A stretch of DNA of 64,000 nt. Source: Acidobacteriota bacterium. Lineage in GTDB: Bacteria; Acidobacteriota; UBA890; WLXD01. Where the stretch lies: the NCBI GenBank assembly GCA_965205505.1, contig CBDBHB010000009.1:1696001-1760000 (forward strand), in the 5' to 3' direction. The first letter of the stretch is position 1, and every line of letters begins with the position of its first letter. The translations under genes were made by a program, and so were the position numbers. Below the pieces are notes generated by a model, which was not told where the DNA came from, made no database searches, and saw only the letters and a program-made list of their open reading frames with translations. Shown here piece after piece: positions 9,903-20,280 of the stretch.

Positions 9903-12467
9903 ATGCAGATCACCTTCGAACAGACCTGGCCGTTGCTATTGCTTCCCGCGGTAGCCGGCCTGTGGTGGGTGCGGAGGCACACCATCATCGAGTTCCACCC
10001 GCGTCAGCTCGACCTGATGTTGCTGCTCCGGGGAGTGGCATTGGCGTTGGTGATCCTGGCCATGAGCCAGCCTGTGTTGCACCGTTCTGGTTCCTGGCTC
10101 TCGGTCGTCTACTTGCTCGACGTGTCGCATAGCGTCAAGCCGCTGGCGGTCGACGAAGCCATCACGTGGGTGCAGGAGGCGGTCGAGCGCGGCGAGGCAG
10201 ATACTTCCGGCTTTTTCGCCTTTGGCGCCAACGCCGTCGAGGCAGAAGGCGCCGCTGGACTCCGTGAGGTCCGCGTTGCAGATGACTCCGTGCTCGGCGC
10301 CGTCGACCGATCGGCCACCGACCTGGCAGCCGCGATCGAGCGCGGCCTGGCGGCGATGCCCCCGTACCATGTGGCTCGCTTGGTGCTGTTGACCGACGGC
10401 CGCGGCAATCGCGGTGACTTCGATCGTGCCGTGGACCGTCTGCGCCTCGAGGGGGTGCGAACCTACACGCGTACGACGGCAGCGCGCGATCGCGCCGATG
10501 CTTGGATCGACAGCGTCGATTCCGACGACACCGTCACCGCCGGCCTGCCGTTTGCGTTGCGCGTGGAGTTGTTCGCGCAGGTGGCGGTGGAGGGATCGCT
10601 CGTCGTCGCCCAGGACCTCCGCGTGCTGACCTCTGAAGCCGTGCAGTTGTCGCCGGGTGCGACGATCGTGGAGTTGCGGCCGGTGCTCGAGGACGGGGGC
10701 CCCGCGCTTGTCGATGTCGTGCTTCAGGTAGAGGGGGATCCGGAGCCACAGAACAACCTCGTTCAGATCGCACTCTACGCCGTCGAACGCCCCCGGCTGT
10801 TGTACGTGGAAGGACGCAGTGGCACCGTCGATTACCTGCGCGACGCGCTTGTGGAGGGTGGCTTCGAGGTCGATGTCGGCCTTCCCTGGAACCTGCCTAC
10901 TGACGGTCAGCGCTTCGAGCCCTACGCCGCCGTGATCTTGAGCGATGTCGATCCTCGGCTGCTCAGCGTTCCAGCAATGAATGCCATCGAAACCTATGTT
11001 TCCGACTTCGGTGGCGGCCTGGTGCTGGCCGGAGGCGAATCCGTGTACGGCGAAGATGGCTATGCGGACACGCCGGTCGAGCGCGCGCTGCCAATCTGGT
11101 TCAAAGCCGAGCGTAAGCCCAAGGACCTCGCCCTGGTGATCGCGCTCGACAAGTCGTACAGCATGGTCGGCGACAAGATGGCGTTGGCCAAGGAAGCATC
11201 CAAGGCTGCCCTCGATCTACTCGAGGACGACCAGCAATTCGGCTTGCTGGCATTCGACTATCATTTTTATTGGCCGGTGCCGATCCAACTGGCGAACGGC
11301 AAGGCGCGCCTGCGCGAGCGCATCTCAGCGATCGAAGCGAGTTCACCGACCAATATCTACCCGGCATTGCAGGACGTGTTCCTGTCGCTGCAGCAGACCG
11401 AGGCCGAGGTCAAGCACGTGATCTTGCTATCGGACGGCAAGACCTACGAGGATGACTACGAGGGCCTGGTAACCGAGATGACGGAGCAAGAGATTACCGT
11501 CTCGACGGTGGCGGTAGGTGGCAAGGCCGACCGCGAGCTACTCGGCAACATCGCCAGATGGGGTGATGGGCGTAGCTATTTCATCGAGGACCCGAGTCGA
11601 GTACCCGAGATCTTCGTCGAAGAGACCCAGAAGGCGCAGGGCATCACGCTCGAGGAGGACGACGAGGTGCGACCCGAGGTGCGCAAGCCGATTGAAGCCC
11701 TGGCAGGGCTCGAGATGGACACCGCGCCGGCACTGCTGGGCTACGTACGCACGATGGCGAAGGACAACGCCGAGGTCGTTCTCGACACCGGCGACGATGG
11801 CGATCCGATACTGGTGCGCTGGCAATACGGTCTCGGTCGCGCCGTGTTCTTTGCCGCCGACGTCAAGAACCGCTGGTCGGCGCCCTGGCTGGAGTGGGAG
11901 GGGTACGGCAAGTTCTGGGTACAGCTGGTGCGCGAAGCGATGCGGCAGGACGCCTTCAAGCTTCCGAGCTTCACTGTCGTCCGCGATCAGACCGGCGCCC
12001 GAATACGTCTCGAGCTGGTAGACGATTCCGGCCGTTATCGAAATGCTCTTCGTCCCAGCGTGACCGCCACTGTCGGAGATGACGAGTCAGAGATCGAGCT
12101 GGCGCAGGTCGCACCGGGGCGCTACGAGGCGCGCTTGCCATTGTTGCCCGACAGCCAAGCAAGCTTCCGCTGGTCGGATCGTGGGGACGACATCGAGCGT
12201 ACCCTGGTGCCGGTGGTGAGCGAGGAGCGCCGCTACCGTCCGGCCGACGAGGAAGCGTTACGCATTCTCGCCACCGCGACCGGCGGTGTGCATGACCCGG
12301 CACTGGACGAGTTATTCGACGTGGGCGATCAGACCGTTACCCGGCCGTTGCGCTTGTGGCCGGCGTTGGCCGCGCTGGCGCTGCTGCTCTACCTGGCGAA
12401 CATGCTGCTGCGTCGGGTGCGGGTGTTTCGAGACCACGGCAGCATCATAGGCTCGGCCGCCGCATGA
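9903..12467 (+). CDS. Double VWA plus glutamine-amidotransferase-like domain membrane protein
   Basis: DVSHS and DKSYS MIDAS motifs, LLTDG/LLSDG, GGGLVLAGG, WQYGLGR. Confidence 0.85.
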   Translation: MQITFEQTWPLLLLPAVAGLWWVRRHTIIEFHPRQLDLMLLLRGVALALVILAMSQPVLHRSGSWLSVVYLLDVSHSVKPLAVDEAITWVQEAVERGEADTSGFFAFGANAVEAEGAAGLREVRVADDSVLGAVDRSATDLAAAIERGLAAMPPYHVARLVLLTDGRGNRGDFDRAVDRLRLEGVRTYTRTTAARDRADAWIDSVDSDDTVTAGLPFALRVELFAQVAVEGSLVVAQDLRVLTSEAVQLSPGATIVELRPVLEDGGPALVDVVLQVEGDPEPQNNLVQIALYAVERPRLLYVEGRSGTVDYLRDALVEGGFEVDVGLPWNLPTDGQRFEPYAAVILSDVDPRLLSVPAMNAIETYVSDFGGGLVLAGGESVYGEDGYADTPVERALPIWFKAERKPKDLALVIALDKSYSMVGDKMALAKEASKAALDLLEDDQQFGLLAFDYHFYWPVPIQLANGKARLRERISAIEASSPTNIYPALQDVFLSLQQTEAEVKHVILLSDGKTYEDDYEGLVTEMTEQEITVSTVAVGGKADRELLGNIARWGDGRSYFIEDPSRVPEIFVEETQKAQGITLEEDDEVRPEVRKPIEALAGLEMDTAPALLGYVRTMAKDNAEVVLDTGDDGDPILVRWQYGLGRAVFFAADVKNRWSAPWLEWEGYGKFWVQLVREAMRQDAFKLPSFTVVRDQTGARIRLELVDDSGRYRNALRPSVTATVGDDESEIELAQVAPGRYEARLPLLPDSQASFRWSDRGDDIERTLVPVVSEERRYRPADEEALRILATATGGVHDPALDELFDVGDQTVTRPLRLWPALAALALLLYLANMLLRRVRVFRDHGSIIGSAAA

Positions 12468-12548
12468 CCCCGCGTAGCAGCGGTCAGTAGCGTCGCGCGA
12501 GCAGAGCGCGCGCCTACCCTGGCCACTCCGGCAAGGCTTGTTCCCTGT

Positions 12549-13424
12549 TTATTGTCGCCGGATACGCACGGCTCCCTGAAGGGTCTCGATATTGATGTCC
12601 GCGTCGCCGTCGCCAGTGCGGAACGACAGCTCCTGCGAAGGTACCCAGCGGCTGGTCCGGCGCGGTTGTTCGCCGAAGTCGTTGACGATCTCGCCCATCA
12701 TCGTCTCGACATAGAAGTTCGCCGACACGTCGGCGGGTAGCAACACCTCGATGCTGCCATTCACCGCCTCGAAATCGAGCTCGGCTCCTGCGGAGACGGC
12801 GCCCTCGAAGTGAATCTCACCGTTGACGGTCTCGAAACTGCCTGCGATCAGCGACGATGTCTTAGCGACGATCGAGCCGGTCACGCTAGTCAATTCGAGC
12901 ATCGTCGCGTTGCCGGAGTACTCGATCGTTCCCGTGACGGTCTCGATTTCGACAGATCCGTGAACCTGCTCAACGTGTACGGATGTGGTTACACCGTTGA
13001 TCTCCAGTGTGGCGCCGTGCGGCGCGCGGATCTCGAGAATCACGTCAACGTCGTGGTGGTTGCGACCACTCCAGCGTCGCCGGCGATCCTCGTCCTCGCC
13101 GTCGTCGTCCCATTCGTCCCATTCTGCGTAGATCTCCACCGATTCCGGGCCGCCTTCGATGACGAACTCGTCGACGTCGGCGCCAATGGTTCCGGTGACA
13201 AGCAGCTCGTCATTTTCCCACCCGACGACACGGATATCGCCCACGATGATCTCATCGATCTCGATCCATACGTCGGAGTCCACCGGACGCCGGTCTTCGA
13301 TTTGCCGCTGCGCCAGCGCGGTGCCCGGCAAGGCGAGTCCGATGACGAGAGTGGAGATCAGCAGCAGTGGAGCGCTGTGTTCGGCTACGCGGGCGAAGCT
13401 CGTGTGTAGTTTCATCGTGGTCAC
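12549..13424 (-). CDS. DUF4097 beta-strand repeat exported protein
   Basis: Signal peptide and repeated (T/S)V(T/N)G-x-I motifs; last gene of an ECF operon. Confidence 0.75.
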   Translation of the reverse strand: MTTMKLHTSFARVAEHSAPLLLISTLVIGLALPGTALAQRQIEDRRPVDSDVWIEIDEIIVGDIRVVGWENDELLVTGTIGADVDEFVIEGGPESVEIYAEWDEWDDDGEDEDRRRRWSGRNHHDVDVILEIRAPHGATLEINGVTTSVHVEQVHGSVEIETVTGTIEYSGNATMLELTSVTGSIVAKTSSLIAGSFETVNGEIHFEGAVSAGAELDFEAVNGSIEVLLPADVSANFYVETMMGEIVNDFGEQPRRTSRWVPSQELSFRTGDGDADINIETLQGAVRIRRQ

Positions 13425-13431
13425 TCCTCGT

Positions 13432-14127
13432 TTAGAGACGACTGATCTCCCGTAGGAGGATCACTCGCTTGCGGTACATGTCGGTTAGCTGGATGAGCAG
13501 TCCGGCGTTTGCCGGGTCGCGCTCCAGTGCCGTGCGCGCGGTGGTAATCGATTGGTCGATCGAGCGCAGGCTTTCTTCTACGACGCGGATGGTCTCCGGC
13601 GACAGTTCCGACCGGTGTTCGTCCAGCGCCCGTAGGAGCTCATCGGTGATCTCTTGATAGCTGCGCTCGGCGGCTCGGAACCCCTCCCAGGCGACGGCAA
13701 CAAAATCCTCGGATGGCGCAATCGTGCCGGCCGATTCGTCGAACGCCAGCGGCGCGCGCACCAAGTACGCGGTGATGCCCGAAGACACTGCGACCAGCAG
13801 CATCGCGGCAGCCGCGATCGAGCCGACGCGACGCCAATTGACGATCGTCCACTCGGGGACCCCGGTGTTGTCTCGACGCGCGCCGAACCGCGGACGGACC
13901 ACTTTGAGCTTCTCGATACCGGTGGCGATCCCCGGCCACAAGTCGGTGGCGGGTGCGATCTCCCGCCGCAAGTCGGCCGTGCGCGCCTGCAGCTGGCGTA
14001 CGCGGGTCAGCTCGGCGCGCAGATCGTGCGAGCACTCGAGCAGCTGTTCCAACCGGGTCCGCTTCTCATCCGAGAGCGTTCCGTCGATGAGGTCGTCCAG
14101 GCAGCGGATTGCTTCGTCTTCGTTCAT
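13432..14127 (-). CDS. Transmembrane anti-sigma factor
   Basis: zf-HC2-like N-terminus (LDDLIDGTLS), single TM, overlaps sigma stop codon. Confidence 0.75.
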   Translation of the reverse strand: MNEDEAIRCLDDLIDGTLSDEKRTRLEQLLECSHDLRAELTRVRQLQARTADLRREIAPATDLWPGIATGIEKLKVVRPRFGARRDNTGVPEWTIVNWRRVGSIAAAAMLLVAVSSGITAYLVRAPLAFDESAGTIAPSEDFVAVAWEGFRAAERSYQEITDELLRALDEHRSELSPETIRVVEESLRSIDQSITTARTALERDPANAGLLIQLTDMYRKRVILLREISRL

Positions 14128-14684
14128 TGGTTCAACGCCTCCCGCAGTAGCCTCCGGGCTCGGTGCAGCTGTGCCTTCGAAGTTCCGGAGGCAACACCGG
14201 TGAGCTGTGCGATTTCGTCGTGTCTGTAGCCCTCGACGTCGTAGAGCACAAAGATCGTGCGGGCGCCCTCGGGTAGGGCTGCGATGGCCTCTTCCAGGTC
14301 GACCGCGGGGCCCCGGTCGGTGCGATCCGAGAGGTCGGCATGGAAGGAAAGATCCTCCTGCTCGACGGTGCGAGCGCGACGGCGCATTTCACTCCGTCTG
14401 TGGCTGAGCACCACGTTGGCTGCCAGCCGATGCATCCAAGTGGAGAAACTCGCTTCGCCACGGAACGTGTGGAGCTTCTCCCAGGCGCGGATGAAAGGCT
14501 GTTGGGTAAGCTCCTCGGCTTCGGCAGGTCTACCCGTCATGCGAAGGCAGAGAGCGTAGATACGGCCGTTGTTTTCTCGGTACAGCTGCTCGAATGCTGC
14601 AGTGTCACCGCTGGCGGCGCGATCGACCAGCGCGTCTGCGGGGCGACCCGTCATCGGGGCCGATCTGTCTGTGATTGCCTGCAT
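14124..14684 (-). CDS. ECF RNA polymerase sigma factor
   Basis: GDTAAFEQLY, FSTWMHRLAAN, region 4 HDEIAQLTG...GTSKAQLHRAR. Confidence 0.95.
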   Translation of the reverse strand: MQAITDRSAPMTGRPADALVDRAASGDTAAFEQLYRENNGRIYALCLRMTGRPAEAEELTQQPFIRAWEKLHTFRGEASFSTWMHRLAANVVLSHRRSEMRRRARTVEQEDLSFHADLSDRTDRGPAVDLEEAIAALPEGARTIFVLYDVEGYRHDEIAQLTGVASGTSKAQLHRARRLLREALNQ

Positions 14685-14723
14685 GACATGCCCCGAGTAC
14701 GTGCTCGCGTGGCGTTCACGGTC

Positions 14724-14753
14724 TTAGACACTCGGGGCGGTCATGGGGTTTGA
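14724..14753 (-). promoter_or_regulatory. Putative autoregulatory ECF promoter
   Basis: Minus strand TCAAACC-N17-GTCTAA about 40 bp upstream of the sigma start. Confidence 0.4.
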
Positions 14754-14896
14754 ACGCAGATCGTGCGCTCGCTATGCAAGTTCGGGCGGGATCGTGCGCC
14801 AGGCCGTTGCGGACAGCTGTGGCGATTGTAGAGTACGGCTTGCTAGCAGGCCCCAACTCGCCGTAACCAGATCCACCACACTTTCACCATGGTCTG

Positions 14897-16387
<1,491 letters not shown>

Positions 16388-16476
16388 GGGTCCTCCGGCC
16401 GGCCGGTGAATCTGTCGCCCTTGGGGTACGACTGCTGCCGGGTCGGTCCGAAGCCCTTTTTTCTGGGCGGCCAGCG

Positions 16477-17391
16477 CTACGTACCGCACAGGACGAGGTC
16501 ATCGAGTGCGTTGCGCAGCTGCGGGAAGCGAAACTCGTAGCCGGCCTCCTGGAGCGCCTTGGGGAGCACGCGCTTGCTCCCCAACAGCTCCGCCGAGAAG
16601 CCCCCGAGCACGAGCTTCAGCGCCAGCGCCGGAGCGGGGACGAAAGAGGGCCGATGGAGCACGGCGCCGAGCGTCTCGGCAAACTGTTTCTGTCGCACCG
16701 GGGCGGGTGACGAGGTGTTGAGCGCACCGTGGATCTTGGTATCGAGGCAATGACGGATTATGCCCAGCACGTCGTCCATGTGGATCCACGACCACCACTG
16801 ACGGCCCGAGCCGAGCGGGCCGTTCATCCCTAGCCTGGCGGGCAGCAGCATCTGCTCCAGCGCGCCGCCGCCGCGGCCGAGTACGATTCCTGTACGTAAC
16901 CGGGCAACGCGAACTCCGAGGTCCTCGCCCGCTCGGGCGGCCGCTTCCCAGGCAGCACACACGCCGGCGAGGAAGTCATTCCCGGCGGGGTCCACTTCGG
17001 TGAGCTCGTCGTCGCCGCGGTCGCCGTAGAAACCGATGGCGCTGGCGCTTATCAGTACCGCTGGCCGCGCCGCCGCCGATCGCATCCCCTCGACGAGGTT
17101 CTGTGTGCCCATGATGCGGCTGTCGGAGATTGCCCGGCGCTGCGCTTTACCCCAGCGACCCGCCACCGACTCGCCGGCCAGGTGCACGATCGCGTCAGCT
17201 TCCTCGATGGCACCCGATGGCGCCGCGTCGGCGGACGGCTCCCAATCATAGGCACCGTGAAGCATCGGCAGCCGCTGCTTTGCCGTATCGGCGTTGCGCG
17301 AAAGCGCCGTCACGGTGTGGCCAGCATTTGCTAGCTCTCGACACAGGGCCGATCCGACAAACCCCGTTGCTCCAGTGACCAGGATCTTCAC
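16477..17391 (-). CDS. TIGR01777/YfcH NAD-dependent epimerase family protein
   Basis: KILVTGATGFVG, SASAIGFYGD, GRQWWSWIH. Confidence 0.9.
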   Translation of the reverse strand: MKILVTGATGFVGSALCRELANAGHTVTALSRNADTAKQRLPMLHGAYDWEPSADAAPSGAIEEADAIVHLAGESVAGRWGKAQRRAISDSRIMGTQNLVEGMRSAAARPAVLISASAIGFYGDRGDDELTEVDPAGNDFLAGVCAAWEAAARAGEDLGVRVARLRTGIVLGRGGGALEQMLLPARLGMNGPLGSGRQWWSWIHMDDVLGIIRHCLDTKIHGALNTSSPAPVRQKQFAETLGAVLHRPSFVPAPALALKLVLGGFSAELLGSKRVLPKALQEAGYEFRFPQLRNALDDLVLCGT

Positions 17392-17476
17392 GCGGTTCTC
17401 AAGCTGGTTGGTGGCATTCGGCCGACCCGGGGCGTGGTGTTTGACGGGACGCGCGTCGTTGATAGATGTTAAGCGT

Positions 17477-18052
17477 ATGACGCCCCAGGTAAAGGCCAAT
17501 GTCAAACGTTTCCGCAGCGCGCTGGTCTCGCTGGGCGGTACAGCGCGAGTGGTCAATAGCGGTTTTGCGCTCGGAGAGGCGATCGACTCCATCGTCCGCG
17601 CACAACCGGCTCCGCCGGCGCTTCTATACGAACCGTTCGCGCTCGCCGATGAGGTGGGCCTTTACCTGGCGCTGAGAGCGCGAGGCGTCGACTTGGTACC
17701 GGTGCGCGAGGCCGGTGGGCGCACGGCGGAATTGAGCGTCGGTCTGACCGGAGTCGAGCTGGCGATCGCCGAGTCGGGGACGCTGCTGGTCGGCGGCGAG
17801 CCCGGCGGTTGGGGGCTTGCTACCGTGGTTCCATGGGTACATATCGCCGTGCTGCGGGCGCGCGACATTGCCCCCGACATCGCCACCGCGTTCGAGCAAT
17901 TCGAGGCTCGGTTTGCCGCCGGTCAGCGTAACTGGGTCTGGATCAGCGGCCCATCGAGAACCGCCGATATCGTGCAGAAGCTGGTGCTGGGGATTCATGG
18001 ACCCAATGCGTTGCACGCGTTCATCGTCGGCGACGAGGTCGGCCGAACATGA
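17477..18052 (+). CDS. lutC: LUD-domain lactate utilization protein C-like
   Basis: AIAESGTL, ISGPSRTADI, LGIHGP. Confidence 0.8.
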   Translation: MTPQVKANVKRFRSALVSLGGTARVVNSGFALGEAIDSIVRAQPAPPALLYEPFALADEVGLYLALRARGVDLVPVREAGGRTAELSVGLTGVELAIAESGTLLVGGEPGGWGLATVVPWVHIAVLRARDIAPDIATAFEQFEARFAAGQRNWVWISGPSRTADIVQKLVLGIHGPNALHAFIVGDEVGRT

Positions 18053-20277
18053 GCTCACGCGACTTGCAGTCGGAGATCCGCGCGGCGCTGCTCAACCCGT
18101 CGCTACAGCAGGCGGTGCCCTCGGGAACACGCGCCGCCGCGAACCGACGTCGCCAGGCGGTCGGCAGCTTCGCGGCCTACGAGTCCAGCCGTGATCGCGC
18201 CCGCGCAATCAAAGAAGACGCCATTGAGCGTCTTCCCGAGCTGCTCGAGACGCTGACCGAAGCAGTCGACGCCTCGGGGGGCTTCGTTTATCGAGTAGAC
18301 GATGCCGAGGCTGCCTGCCGGATCATCGTCGAAATCGCCCGGCGCGAAGGTCTAACCGCGGCGGTGAAGTCGAAGTCGATGACCTCCGAGGAGATCCACC
18401 TCAACGCCGCGCTGGAGCGCGCCGGCGTGACGGTGCGCGAGACTGACCTCGGCGAGTACATCTCGCAGCTCGATGGGGATCGTCCATCGCACGCCATCGC
18501 ACCCATCATTCACAAGAGCATGGAGGACATACGCAACGTGTTCCGGCGCCGGCTCGGCTGTGACGACGTTCCGGAGACCGCCGAGGAGCTCACCCAGATG
18601 GCGCGTCAGCAGCTGCGTCGCGACTTCCTCGACGCCGATCTGGGCATCACCGGCGCTAACTTCCTGATTGCCGAGAGCGGCACGGTGATCATCGTCGAGA
18701 ACGAGGGCAACGTCCGCCTGTGCACGCAGCTGCCACGAGTTCATGTGGCGCTGGCCGGAATCGAGAAGATCCTGCCGACGATGGCGGACCTCGAGCCGTT
18801 CATCGAGCTGCTGCCGCGATCCGGAACCGGGCAGCTGCTGACCAGTTACATGTCGGTGATCACCGGGCCTGGCTGGGGCGCCTCGCCGCTCGTCGACGGC
18901 AAGCGTAGCTTCCATCTCGTGCTGCTGGACAACGGACGTAGCAGCATGCGCGACGATCCGGTGCTGCGCGAAGCGCTGTACTGCGTGCGATGCGGCGCCT
19001 GCATGAACGTGTGCGCTCCGTACCAGACGGTCGGCGGCCACGTGTTTGGTGGTCCGACGTATCAGTCCGGCATTGGCATCGCGTGGGAGGCGGGCGTGAG
19101 CGGCCTGGAGACGGCGGCGGAGTTCAACGAGCTCTGCACCACCTGTTCGCGCTGCCAGGATGTCTGCCCGGTGCGCATCGATATTCCCTGGATGACGTCT
19201 GTGGTTCGCGGACGCATCCGGGAACAGAAGGCGACTCCAGAAGGGCCTGGCTCAGCGTTGCTCGCCGAGCCACGTCGGCTGTACCGCCTGGCGCGGCGTG
19301 TCGGAAGGCTGAGCGGGTTGATGGGGTTGGGTGTGGCGCGCTGGGTGCTAGAGCGGTTCGTTGGTGTTGACCGTCGCCGGCCGCTGCCGGAGTTACCGGA
19401 TATGACGCTAGCCGATTGGTTCCGTGCGCGTGGCGGCCGGGTAGTCGAGGAGGTAGGCGTCGATCCCGACCATGTCGACGACGAAGCGGAGACGAGTCTG
19501 GTCGTCTTTTGGGCCGATTGCCACTCCAACTACGCGGACGTCGAGGCCGCCAAAGCCGCAGTTCGCGTTGTCGAACGACTTGGCTTCCGGGTGCTGCTCG
19601 TGACCGGCCCGTGCTGTGGGCGCGCCGCACTCTCGCAGGGTGCGCTCGAGGCTGCCCGCGAGCAGGCTTTCGACCTGTCGCGATTCTTGGCTCCATACGC
19701 AGACCGGCAGATTCCGATTGTCGGGCTCGAGCCCTCGTGCCTGACCTGCGTGACGGACGATCACACCAAGCTCTCGCCCGCCAACAACGAGGCGTTTTTG
19801 GTGGGTCTGAGCGTGCGCGAGATCATGGTGTTCCTCGAGGAGCATTCGATGCTTCTCGGTGCTGCGCTGGCGACTCAGGCCCCGCGACCGCGCCACACCG
19901 TCGTCTTGCATGGACACTGCCAGCAGAAGTCGGCCGGATGGTTGGACTCGAGCCTCGGCGTGCTGGAGCGATTGCCGGGCGTCGAGGTAGTGACGACCAC
20001 GGCCGATTGCTGCGGTATGGCGGGCTCGTTCGGCTACAAACAGGACGGTTACGAGATCAGCCGTGAGCTGGGCACACGCTTGGTGACCGAGATCTCGGGG
20101 TTGAAATCGCTGACTGGCGACCCGGTCGACGAGGTGCTGGCGAGCGGAACATCATGCCGCACGCAGCTGGCGGACTTCGGCGATCGCCGACCGCGACATC
20201 CAATCCAGCTGGTGGCCGACGCGCTCGGCGCAACCGTTGACTCGGTCGATGCCAGTAGTGCCGCCACGGGGCACTGA
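18049..20277 (+). CDS. lutB: LutB-type Fe-S protein fused to CCG domains
   Basis: KSKSMTSEE, ETDLGE, ENEGN, two CxxCxxCxxxC clusters, CCG/EPSC and HGHC...CCGMAGSFG. Confidence 0.85.
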   Translation: MSSRDLQSEIRAALLNPSLQQAVPSGTRAAANRRRQAVGSFAAYESSRDRARAIKEDAIERLPELLETLTEAVDASGGFVYRVDDAEAACRIIVEIARREGLTAAVKSKSMTSEEIHLNAALERAGVTVRETDLGEYISQLDGDRPSHAIAPIIHKSMEDIRNVFRRRLGCDDVPETAEELTQMARQQLRRDFLDADLGITGANFLIAESGTVIIVENEGNVRLCTQLPRVHVALAGIEKILPTMADLEPFIELLPRSGTGQLLTSYMSVITGPGWGASPLVDGKRSFHLVLLDNGRSSMRDDPVLREALYCVRCGACMNVCAPYQTVGGHVFGGPTYQSGIGIAWEAGVSGLETAAEFNELCTTCSRCQDVCPVRIDIPWMTSVVRGRIREQKATPEGPGSALLAEPRRLYRLARRVGRLSGLMGLGVARWVLERFVGVDRRRPLPELPDMTLADWFRARGGRVVEEVGVDPDHVDDEAETSLVVFWADCHSNYADVEAAKAAVRVVERLGFRVLLVTGPCCGRAALSQGALEAAREQAFDLSRFLAPYADRQIPIVGLEPSCLTCVTDDHTKLSPANNEAFLVGLSVREIMVFLEEHSMLLGAALATQAPRPRHTVVLHGHCQQKSAGWLDSSLGVLERLPGVEVVTTTADCCGMAGSFGYKQDGYEISRELGTRLVTEISGLKSLTGDPVDEVLASGTSCRTQLADFGDRRPRHPIQLVADALGATVDSVDASSAATGH

Positions 20278-20280
20278 CCA

